From assembly GCF_018977255.1 (NCBI RefSeq), contig NW_024704747.1, forward strand, positions 21,700,001-21,764,000: a stretch of 64,000 bases of DNA, written 5' to 3'. Positions 10,721 through 21,891 of the stretch are shown here, piece by piece. The position numbers were made by a program, and so were the translations under genes. Numbering within the stretch: the first letter of the stretch is position 1; every line of letters starts with the position of its first letter. This DNA comes from Callorhinchus milii. Its lineage: Eukaryota. The notes beneath the pieces were generated by a model. It saw only the letters and a program-made list of their open reading frames with translations. It was not told the DNA's origin and did not search any database.

Positions 10721-12519
10721 ACTGCTGATCAAACTTCATGTCATTTGGTTAAATCTATGGCAACCAAACAGGATCGTGAAGTATAAGTGAACAGCAGCAG
10801 CATGAAGGATGAAATTAACATCCAGATGTGATCAATACAATACATAATTTATGCCACAAATTAATTACCTTCACTTTCAGCAGTGGAGCAGAGGCTGGTT
10901 TACAGCAAGTTTAGCAATGCTAGAGAGTAATACAGTACTTAACTTTCCAACGTGAAAGGTGGTATATAATTTTGCTGCTGTTGTTCACTGGGTATGCTCA
11001 CTTATCACGTAACGCCAATGTCATCATATGGTGAAGTGATCTGTCAGGTTTTCCTAATTGGCCATCACCAAAATAACAGCAGAGGTTCTCACTATTCTTT
11101 CCAGATTTTGCTGTGCCTCAAAACAAACATCTTTATGGATAAGATGGCATATATAATTCAATGACCTGACTGAAACACAGAATGAACCTGTGGCTGTTCA
11201 GCTACAATAGTTCACAAAGCCATGAGTTTTCGGTGGTAATTCTGCTTCAGTTGTCAATGCATCAAAACAACCCATTGAGATGTGTATCAATTCCAAAACT
11301 CAGGCACTAGTTTTAATTATTATTGAATGATCAATTCTTTAATGTTTAAAAATGGTCATTTTCAAGTTTTGGGTCATTTCTTGGATATATAAAATAACTG
11401 AAGGCCCATTGGGAAGCGAAATTGTTATCAATTTGGCAGCTGAGACTGCTCAACTCAAGATGATCTTGTCAGTACGCACCTAATAGTACTGCAATTTTTG
11501 TGTTGAAAATGATCAAAACATTTCAGAAATGCATAACATAACAACGCAATTCAAACTGACCGTTTGACTAGATCGGAGGCCTACATCTCATCCACAAGAC
11601 AACTGTTACAGCTGTTTCCTAGATTTTTTTAAAAAACTGCTTAAGAAAATTTATAAATTCAGAAGCAGAATACGAAAATAAAGCGCAACCAGCAGGCATG
11701 ATCAAAAATTATGCAAGAACATTGAAAAAACTGAGAATTTAGCCCAGAGTATGTACAACCTGGTAACATATTCACCGTCATACCACAATGTTCAGAGCAC
11801 TCACCATGAGTAGAAGGCATGAAATCAAAAGGCGAAGAGGGTGGACTTTCACTGGGACTAACACAATGAAGCACAAGTTTCAAACGGACTGCTAAATAAC
11901 ACTACAGTTTGCAAAAGTCCCATGTAAGCCAAAACCATGTTGCTATTGCAAAATACAAAAGCTTACATCACAGTTATGTTAAAATGTGAATTGTGCAAGT
12001 ATTTTTTTACTTCAGTATAAGGAACTAAGAACAGCTGAAATCAGTTCACCACTCATCATGATGATGAACTGAATTGTTGCTGTTTCGACTGGAAAATTTA
12101 AAGGAACAAAACCAACATTTTTCACTCAAAAGCCTAACGGCCAGATATGTCACCAGGCTCTAAATCGAAAATTCAAAACCCAAATCTCATAACCTTTCAA
12201 TTTAGATCTATTTGATTTGGATTTACTGCAAAAAGCCAAATTTTATTCCATTTGTAGAAGATAAAACATGAACAAAAGTACACAGATTTGGTTGAATTCA
12301 GTAAATAGAGTGCACCATTTCTCTTTCAATTTTACAAATTTTCCATTATGCATTGCAGAAATAGACAGCAGGAAGTTATTTCAAGGTTAACCAATTAAAA
12401 GATCAGATAAAATGCATAACTTTCAGGTGTGACATTTACCACAAAACACAACCGCCCAACTTGACAGTTTATTCTGTGAAGTGCTTTGAGACAGTCTCTT
12501 GACATGAAATGCACTATAC

Positions 12520-13015
12520 AATACAAAATTACATTTGTATAGTGGCTTTCATGTTGAGGATGTCCCAAGGGCGCTGGACAATCAGTGTTTCAGACCCGAG
12601 CTGGGGGTCAGGATCGGGGAGGGTGAAGAGCAGGGATGGGAAGGAGGATGACCGAAGGAACGGTCGAAGAGGAGGATCTTGAGATGGGTTTTGAAGGAGG
12701 CGAGGGAGGAGGTGAGACGGAGGGACTGCAGGATGGAATTCCAGAGGGTGAGGGCAGAATGGCAGAAGGCCCGTCCGCCAACGGGGCCAGGCGGGGGACG
12801 TGAAGCAGGCCCGAGCCTGCTGAACGGAGGGAGCAGGCAGGTTGGTAGGAGGTTAGAAGGTCGCAGAAGTAGGGGGCACAAGGCCGTGGAGGGCTTTAAA
12901 GACGAGGACCAGGATCTTGAACTGTATCTTCTGAGTGATGGGAGCGGATGGGGTGATAGGGTTGCGGAGCCTGATCCGGGAGAGGACACAGGCTGCAGAG
13001 TTCTGCAATCTTGAA
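12520..13015 (-). mobile_element. L2 LINE 3' fragment
   Basis: GGRAFCHSALTLWNS..SLASFKTHLK; L2 tail. Confidence 0.9.
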
Positions 13016-13151
13016 GTGCCATCCAAACGTAAACAGATGTAACCAGGGAAATTATTAAATTCAAGCTGCTGCTGATATTAGCAATCAGTGGGACCTTTTA
13101 AATGCCACCACTGTTACATCAAATTCCCTCACCTGCAACGCAATACCTCTG

Positions 13152-13457
13152 ATAATAATAACCCTTGCATTTGCTACAGCGCCTTAACACATCGTTGAGA
13201 CGTCTCAAAGCACTTCACAGAATATATTATAAAGTGGATTGACTGTATTTTGTGGGTGAAACACGGCAGCCATCGTGCCACGGGATCTTTAACATCCACA
13301 TGAACAGGTAGATGGGACATCAGTTTAACATCTCATCCAAAGGACAGCACCTCTGACGCTGCAATACACCCCACTGCATTAGAGTGTCAGCTTAGACTAT
13401 CTGAATCCAAGTCCTGATGTAGGGTTTGAACCCACAACCTTGAGGTGAGTGCTACCA
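13152..13457 (-). mobile_element. Older SINE (Deu-domain type) with L2-like tail
   Basis: Minus strand ggtagcactc..aaggttgtgggttcaaac head and gtgctgtcctttggatgagatgttaaac core; similar copies at 18.6-19.0, 19.6-20.0, 34.0-34.3, 48.3-48.5, 58.3-58.4 and 62.7-63.0 kb. Confidence 0.7.
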
Positions 13458-14272
13458 ATAATAATAATCCTTGCATTTGATATAGTGCTTTATCATGTAG
13501 TTGAAGAGTCTCAAAGTGCTGATATTGGTGTGGCAGCCAGTTGCGCACACCAATATCCCACAAATAGCCATGGAGTGAGGCGAGTGTTACCACTGCATCA
13601 GACGGACACATTGCGCCAGGATAATGAATAGAAATCGTGTGGGAAAGCAAACTGAATGGACAGGGCAATGCGTGCAAATAAAAGCTTGTATTTATATAGC
13701 ATCTTTTGAATATTAGTAAGGCTTTAAAAATAAAAATGGAAGTGTGTTATATAGGCAACACTGCTACGAGCATAAAATCTTCACTTACGGTAATATTCCA
13801 CCCAATAGTTTGGTGATTACAGCAAACATGATGCAATAAATTAGATGATTTTGTGAAATTTTCACAATTTCCTCACCGCAGATGTAACCCACAGAACATC
13901 ATATTACATTTATATAGTGCCAATCACGTCAGGGGGCATCTCAAAGCGCTTGCTTTACTTCTGAAACGGCTTCACAATTGCTGCCTTTGAACCACAAAAA
14001 TGCACCATTCAGGGTCGACAGTACTTCACAAAACCCATTGCGGGCAGGTATTCTATTTTTGACCCGTCAGTTCCAAGGGGAAGAAAAAGAAGCGTTTATA
14101 GCACACTATAATCGAAAACATCCCCACTACGTCTCATGTTCATATACAAAACATTTTTTTTGGGGGGGCGGGGGGGAAACCTCTGGGCCGAGGCGGGATT
14201 GTCACGAGTTTTTAAAACCAGCGGAAGGGAAGAGGCCAAAGCGTATGGACAAATGCGGAGTCAGAGCAAACA

Positions 14273-14490
14273 CCAACAACGGGTTACACTTGCGGAGCGC
14301 CCTTCACGTTGGAAAGACGCCCCAGAGCGCTGGATGGACAGTCCTGGATTTTTGGACCCCAAGCTGGGAGTCGGGGGTCGGGAGGGGGTCGATGGAGGGC
14401 AGGAGGAGGGGTGGGGGGGAGTGGGGGTGGGGGGGGAAAGGAAGGTGGCTGAAGGCAGAAGGGTCAAAGAGGAAGGTCTTTAGACAGGGG
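14273..14490 (-). mobile_element. L2 3' end fragment at the CpG-island edge
   Basis: LKTFLFD motif, C-rich UTR and tail stem-loop. Confidence 0.75.
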
Positions 14491-14686
14491 AGAGAAAGGA
14501 GAGACAGACACACACACACACACACAGACAGACACAGACACAGCTTCGAAATATAAAATGTTTGGAGAATTTTGGGGGAGAGAGAGAAAGATAATTTTCC
14601 CCTCAAAAAAAGAGGAACGAGTGAAATAAAGCGCGAGAGGGTTATATAAATAAATATATCGATATATATACACACACACACAGTAA

Positions 14687-14691
<5 letters not shown>

Positions 14692-14719
<28 letters not shown>
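14692..14719. repeat. (TA)n microsatellite; further (CA)n, (CT)n, (GACT)n and (TTG)(TTA)n tracts lie across 14510-15580
   Basis: Direct reading. Confidence 0.95.
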
Positions 14720-14724
<5 letters not shown>

Positions 14725-15419
14725 AGACACCAGGGCCCTCTCCCGCCGCCTTGAGGGAAAGCGCCGCCGCCTCGACCCCGACCCCGACCCAAAACAAAAG
14801 CACGGGGGTGCGAAGTCAAGTTATTTCGAATAAAATATATAGAGATAGAGATATATTACACCAATTTTTTTTTAAAAAAAACAAATCTCCCGCACGTGGC
14901 GGCCACGGCTTTCGCTCCTCATTAAAAAAAACCCGTAAACGCTGCCCTCTTTTTTTTCTCTCTGAAAAAATAAAAAGAGATTCGATAGATATAGCCACGT
15001 GAGGACGGGCACAAGGGGTGGGAGGTGGTGGAGGTGGTGGAGGAGGGGGGGGGATGAGGAGGGGGGTCTCCGGCCGCTCTCTGGGTCCCATCTTATTAAC
15101 CTCCTTCTCTCTCTCTCTCTCTCTCGGTGACTGACTGACTGACTCTCTCCCACCCACTGCCTCCACATTGATTTAACACCGGCAAACGTGTTTTCCCCCT
15201 CTCTCTCTCTCTCTCTCCCTTCCTCTCTTAACCGTTTTTTTTTAAAAAGCTGACGCGGGTTGTTGTTGTTATTATTATTATTATTAAAGCAATTAACGTG
15301 AGATTCAGACAGAGACACACACAGAGAGAGAGCGAGAGAGAGAGACACAGACACGCCGGCCTGGCTGCTCGCCTGGTGGGCGGCGGTCTGCTCTGCTCTG
15401 GGCTGTGCTAAAAACGGCT

Positions 15420-15660
15420 CTTTAAATACCTGGCTCGAGTGCCGTGTGCATCCTCTCCGCTCGCTACCAACGCTCGCCCCGCGCGCGTGGACACGCACAC
15501 GCGCACTCACTCCACTCACAGCGACATCCCGCCTCGCCCCTCCCCCCCCCACACAACCAACACACACACACACACACACAATGTGCTCGGAGCGGGCGGG
15601 CTCACGCCCAATTGGACGAGTTTTTTTTTCGGGCGGGAGGGTTAGACGGGTTGACGTTAT
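15420..15660 (-). promoter_or_regulatory. Minus-strand core/proximal promoter (TSS inferred near 15395)
   Basis: TATTTAAAG on minus at 15420-15428, ccaattgg 15608-15615, gggcggg 15594 and 15631, CRE-like tgacgtta 15652. Confidence 0.5.
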
Positions 15661-16280
15661 GCCCCGTCGCCCCCGACGCTCACGCACAGCCATGGGGAGG
15701 GGAGGAGGGGGAGGGGCTTTCTTTCTCCCGCTTGTTGTGCGTGTACCGTGCGTCAAGAAGACGAGCCCAGCTCTGGGCGGGTGCCCCTATTGTTCTTAAT
15801 GTGAATTGATTGTAATTATTCAATTGAAACCCGCAAATCGTGTTTTTTTTTCCCCCTTTCCCCCCTCTCTCGCTCTCCTCACGTTGCTGTCGATATCGGA
15901 TGTAACAGTGACGCAGGGCCGCCGCGTGATGTTTGGGCTACTTTTGGGGCTCGTGTTCGAAGGGCTTTGGGCTACCGACGGATTTTGTTTCTGCGCCCAA
16001 CGCGCACCGCCGCGCTGCACGCATGCGCGCACTGCACGCAGATACACGCAGATACATAAACCCGATTAACCGCCCGTCTGTCTGCCCTTTACTCTTTCCA
16101 ACCGCGACTCATTGCACCCGGTGCAAAAAAGGGACAAAGAAGAAAAAAAATCCGAATTTTTTTTTTCGGTGGAGGGTACACGTGGGAGGAAGGAAAGCCA
16201 ACGGCCGATGTGGGTCCGTCAGTTACTGTTTCGGTATCTTTCAGGACCTGGAGAGAGCGCGACCCCCCCCCCCCCCCCCC

Positions 16281-16349
16281 GATCACGTGATCCCCTCCCT
16301 TCAGATCACGTGCCCCCATCCCTTCCGGTCACGTGCTCCCCTCCCGCCT
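16281..16349. repeat. 3 x 23-bp tandem repeat, each unit carrying TCACGTG (E-box)
   Basis: CACGTG at 16284, 16307 and 16330; units gatcacgtgatcccctcccttca / gatcacgtgcccccatcccttcc / ggtcacgtgctcccctcccgcct. Confidence 0.85.
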
Positions 16350-18599
16350 CTCTGGACGGTCCATTGGTTTGGCAGTGTTTTCTGAGAAGCGCTTTGAGGC
16401 GTCTGGAAGACGTGACCCGGCGCCATGTCAAATGCAGGGATTATCACCGTCGTTATTGTTGTTATTATTATTATTATTTAGGGAGCTACAGTGCAAAAGG
16501 AAGGCACAGGTGTCATTCCAGCCCCCGCCTGTTTGTGGGGTGTCGCTGCGCGCGTGGCTGTCCGCCGGGCCCCGCCCGCAAAGAACGCGGTCGCTGCGCC
16601 AGGCGGCGCGTCCTGTGAAGCGCTTTGGGACGTCTGGGAGGCGCGATGGGGCAAATCACCTCAATCCCAAGGATTGTTATTTGCAGAGGTGTTTGGGAGC
16701 AAAGTAGGAGAGGTACGTGGGCAGATGGCGGTGTCGCTTGGGGGATGTAGAGGCAAATAGGGAATCATTGGGGCGCTGGAGGTAGAGGGGCAAGTAGGGA
16801 ATGTACGGGGTGGGTGAGGGATAACGGGGGGGGGGGAGCGGAGAGTTTATGGGTTGCGGGAGGTATAGGGGCAGACAGGGAAGAGATAGGAACAGTGGAG
16901 ACCGTACAGTAATTGTACTGTTACGGAGACTTTCATTAACCGTGAAGTGCTGCACAAAATATTCTTGATTAGAAATGAAAGTGGAGAAGAAATGGGAGAA
17001 CTATAGAGGGAAGGGAGGTGCAAGAGGAATGTGAATCTGGCTGACATTTATCAATATGTAAGTAAACGAATGTTTGCTTAAATAATTCACTTAAAGGCCA
17101 TGGATTTCAATTATGTGACATTCAGTTTTTTTTAAAAAAATGTAAAGTACCAGTGACCTTTATTGTTGGGGTGGGTGGGGGAATGAATTGTGATGATTTT
17201 CTCCACTGAAATACAACTTGTGCCAGTTCTGTAAAACTATTTCACGTCTAATGTACACTGCATCATGTACGTTGTAGCCGTTAGTCACTACACGTAATAA
17301 GAAAATCTTGCAAAGTGCTTTGAGGCATCTCAGTAGCCTGATAAGTGTAATATAAAATGCAAGGTTTATTATGGGAATGTCACATTAAATTATTTGAAAG
17401 CGTATGTGAGAATAACATCTCTGCTATTCCTTTGTTCAGCAGAATTGAGAAGGACTGTATAGTTAATTAACTACTAGAACATGCAAATGTATCTAGAAAT
17501 ACAGACATGTTATCAATTAACATTTGTGTTCCACATATGATAATGTGGTTAATAAAAGTGATATATCCAAACAATGTTGTATTTGCTTTCATAACTGCCT
17601 ATCAACGTCATGCATCATGGTTCCTTTCAAAAATGTGCACACCTTGAACAACAACAACAAAATGACGTTTGTAAAGCGCCTTTCACATCAGGAGGACGCC
17701 ACAAGGCCCTGAATACATGAACCATTCATGCATTCCAAATAAAATAATAAGAATCTGAGCTGCTTAATATTTTAAATGGTTACTGCTGCACTATTTTGCA
17801 AAGGAGCTGAGATTTTCCTGGAATTAAACATTCAGGCAAATTACGCAATCCCATTTCCATGACAACTCTTCGTCCTTCTTTAGATTGATCCATTAATACT
17901 ATTTATGGACAGGCTGTATTTCTATTATTTAAATTCCATTAAATTTACCTTTTTCTAAAAATGTTTTTGAAAAAATAATAATACAAATAATTTTATAACC
18001 TGTTTTATAACCGTTTGAGATTTCTTACAACACTTTGTTGTAAGATTGTTGTGCTTAGCCAATGGGTTGGAATTTCACTTTAGGAGTAAATCCTGAGAAA
18101 AATCTTTCTTAAAATAAAAATGTACTAGTGTGTGGTTTAAAAAACCTCGCTCCCTCTTTGAGATGGTCTCATACTGAAGGAGTATTCCAGGTTATCAGTA
18201 AGCGATCCATTACCTTTAAAACATTTTTTGGGGGTGGGGGGCCAGTGAATAGATCAGTTTCTCTCATTAATTTCTCTATTTCTCTCCCTTCCTGGACATA
18301 ATTGACTCCTATTCTCTTCTACCATTCTACAGTTCTATAGATTTCCTTCCAGTACTTCGCCCATTATTCATCTGAACCTTGACAATTCATATCAGCAAGC
18401 TATTCAACCATGGAGACATTAGAGCCAACCTTGATCCTGTCCTTGCATGATATCCAAGCACTGCTGGATAGTCAGTCATTCAGTTAGTTGTAGCATCCAT
18501 TGTATTGTCTGCCTGAATATTGAATTTCCTGGTTTATATGGCTAAAGCTACTCACTGCATAAACTTACCGAGCCATTAGATGTTTTAGTATATCCTTAT

Positions 18600-18990
18600 A
18601 TTTTATCCAACACCTTGTCATGTCATTGAGATCTCTCAGAAGTGTTTCCTAGGAATTACGGTAAAATGTAGCAGCTATTCTGTAAGTTTTACAGCACCAA
18701 TATTCACACAGCCATAAAGTGAGTGACCAATTTTCTCTGGGGATTGTTGGCCAGGACAGCAGAAGAACCCTCCTCTTTTCAAACAGTGTCATGTTAATGT
18801 TCGCCTGAATAGGCAGATGGGAACTCTGTTTAACATCTTATTGAAGGATAGCAATTCCATAATGCAATGCAACTCTTGCCCCAGCACTGTTTTGGAGTGT
18901 CAGTTTAGACTGAGCTCAGAGTGCCAATGTGGGGCTTGAACCTACAACCTTCTGACTGAGACAAAAGTGCTACTGACTGACCTAGGCTTA
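18600..18990 (-). mobile_element. Older Deu-type SINE
   Basis: Collinear with 13152-13457. Confidence 0.65.
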
Positions 18991-19639
18991 CACCTTTTAA
19001 GGTATGTTTGATATCAAATGGGATGGTGCCTATGAAACTCACTTCACAATACACAATACAAAATTAAGGAAAAGATTGAGGTAATTTATTACACAAAGGA
19101 ACTCTTGAAAGTTTAGTTCAGGAAATAGCATTTTTAATTTAGTTTGTATTTTATTGGTAAATAGTTTTTTTTCTACCGCTGTATTAGTCATTCCCTATTT
19201 TCTGCTGCCTGCCTTAACTGTTTTCAATATTTTATAACCATTTATCTTCCCGATTTGTGCACTTTATCTGTCTCTTTGATTTGGATTATCTTTTCTGTAC
19301 TTGCACGATTGTCAAGATTGCACGATTGTGCAGGATCTACTGCTCAACCCAGTGCTGAGGTAAAGAAAGGTAATAAAAATTATGTTGACATGAGACCTGA
19401 AAATATGGTATCACATAACCTCTAACTGCAACTCTAACTTGTAACAGCAATCCCATTGCATCTCAGCATATTACCAGGAAATGTTGGTACACTACACATT
19501 AAATGAAATATAGAGAATTGTCCCTATGTCAGTTTAAGATAGTAATTAATTATTGGACTTTAGATGACCAGGAGATAATGGAAATTTATCTTTTTCTTCT
19601 CACCATGGTGTTGTATTTCCGCTTCCATTAGAAAATAGA

Positions 19640-20040
19640 TGTCAGTCTGGCTCATCTCTGAATCAAAAGGCTGTGGGTTCAAGCCACCTGTTAGCATTTT
19701 CACCTTCACACAGTCTAGGCTAACATTCCAGTGTAATTCTGGCGATGCGCTATTTTGATGAAGGTGCTATTCTTCAGATTAAACCTTCAGATGAGACAGC
19801 TACCTGTTCACCTGTGGATGTTAAAAGATCCTGTGGCTCTATCTGAAAAGAGAAGAGTTTCTCCTGTTGCTCTGCCCAACAATTTCCCAGATAAAACTGG
19901 TCATTCATTTCATGGCTATTTGTAGGATATTGCGTGTGCAAGTCAGCTGCCTCATCATTGCCCTTCAAAATACACAGTCATTAAACTTTACAGTAAATTC
20001 TGTGATGCATCTTGAGACATCCAACGTGAAAAGGTGCTAC
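19640..20040 (+). mobile_element. Older Deu-type SINE
   Basis: ctctgaatcaaaaggctgtgggttcaagcc head and L2-like tail. Confidence 0.65.
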
Positions 20041-20044
20041 CGTT

Positions 20045-20515
20045 CAGAAGTCTACAGCTTGTGTCCTCTCCACCAGGCTGCGCAAGCCTATTGCCCTCAT
20101 CCTCGCTTGCTGCAATGGCTCCCCATACCCCAGAGGATCCTCGTTCTCACTTTTAAATCCCTCCAAGGTCTTGCCCCACCCTATCTGTGATCTTCTGAAA
20201 CCGTACCAACCTGGCAGCTCCCTCCACTTGGCAGGCACTGGCCTGCTCAATGTATTCCGCTCTGCCTGCCCCACCACTGCAGTCGAGCCTTTCTGCCCTC
20301 GCTCTCTGGAACTCCATCCCGGAGTCCCTTCAGCTTGCCCCTTTCCTCACCTCCAAGGTCTAGGTGAAGACCTTCCTCCTTGACCACCTTCTGTCATCTG
20401 CCCACCTCCATCCCCATTGGCTGCACCCCTCCCGAATCTGACCCCCAGCTCGGGTGCTAACCCTCAACTGGGAAATCTTCCTAACGTAAAAGGCGCTGTA
20501 TAAATGCAATCGCTT
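20045..20515 (+). mobile_element. L2 LINE 3' fragment
   Basis: LQWLPIPQR..LTFKSLQGLAPPYL; tail. Confidence 0.88.
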
Positions 20516-21714
20516 GTATCAGATGCAACGATTAGTTGTTTTTAAAAATAGAAGAAATTGGAGAAAAAAACATGCAAGATATAAAAAGCACAAAGAAATA
20601 AAAAGAAAAATAACATCTTAAAATCAATAAATAATAAATGTGAAGAATATACAAAAGGAATGAAGCCCAAAATGAATGATTTCCTGAAACATCGGGAAGG
20701 TTCCCACTGCAATCCCTGGTCTGGATATGGCTGTGTGCAAAGTTTTGCTGCTGGTTGCCTAAAATTACAGTGACTACACTTACTAGTGCTTTGAAACATG
20801 TTGATGTTATAGGTGCTATATCAATTTAAATTATTCTTATTATTTGTGTTTGATATTTTGGAATCTAAGCCCCTGATATTTTCAGTGTGCAGGAGGATGA
20901 GGCACATGTTATAAAATCGTTATCAATTAAACAAATTCTGCTTAGTCCTAGCCTATTAAGAACAGAGCTTCTTAAATTTGGAAGTCTGTTGTCTACAGTT
21001 CTTAAAAATAACTGTTTTCCAAGTTAATAAATTGATGAATTATTCGCAATTCTGTGCGATCGTAAAGTTTAAGAGAAAATGGTCTTAACAGGTTCAAACT
21101 ATATGGAATTTCAGACTAATACACTTTAAGCGCTTTATAATTTGAGTTCAACATTTCAGAACAAGAAGACAGTTCCTTTTTACCTTAAAATACTTAATAC
21201 GTTTCTGTTGATCGTACAATCCTAATGTCAGTTCCAGTTTACTATACATTAGCTACAGTCAGTTTATATACTGTAGTGATAGTCAGTCCCATTTTACAAT
21301 CAGACAGTGCCTGTTAACTGTACCTGTGCACAATTCCTGATGACTATTGTCTGTCCAATAGTTCTTAAGGTACTTTTTCAACTTTCATTGTTCCTCCTCA
21401 GTCCATTGAACACCACAGAAGTATACCGACAACTCATATTGAAAATACTGTATAACCTTCTTTTAGAAAGTGTGCAAAAATGACAAATCTTAAGTAACAG
21501 CTTACAATTATACAAGAATGTCAACTTGTCTGAATGAAGTGGGTCTCCATATACGGATCAAAAAATGGTTCACATAACCTCTGACATTGTATAACATTGG
21601 CACCGTGCCATGAAGTGGCAATAATCCCATAGCAAAAAAAACCTCCTTCATAAAATCTTTTCAACGAGATCCACAACACTGAATGTATGTACGAATAGTA
21701 ATTGGATCCGTTAT

Positions 21715-21890
21715 TCCAATGGTGGGCTGATTTTAGTCCTGATTATATATTCTGCCAATAAAAGAGCAAATGGAATTGGATAAGTATTTGAAAAGAAACA
21801 GTATAAAAGGTTATGGAGAAAAGAGCAGGCAATTTAGATGAGAACACTCGCCTCCAGTGGAAGGGATAGCACCAGAGTAGACTCTGGGAT
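21715..21890 (+). mobile_element. CR1 3' fragment
   Basis: caaatggaattggataagtatttg..aaaaggttatggag typical of CR1 ORF2 end/3'UTR. Confidence 0.5.
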
Positions 21891-21891
21891 G

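Larger units (their letters stand above)
14180..16920. promoter_or_regulatory. CpG island / probable (bidirectional) Pol II promoter
   Basis: Abrupt rise in GC and CpG density against CpG-depleted flanks; GC boxes, CCAAT, E-boxes and an NRF1-like gcatgcgc (~16021). Confidence 0.85.

Noticed and set aside
12029-12085. Imperfect hairpin containing atgatga/ctga words
   Set aside because: Too short and bulged for a miRNA, C/D box spacing is wrong, and no known mature sequence is recognised
13978-16955. Many long overlapping ORFs (up to 294 aa) in the CpG island
   Set aside because: Low-complexity translations of microsatellites and GC-rich DNA with no recognisable domain
19385-21635. Shared words tcacataacctct / aatcccat at ~19410 and ~21570
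   Set aside because: Too short and degenerate; probably remnants of an old repeat
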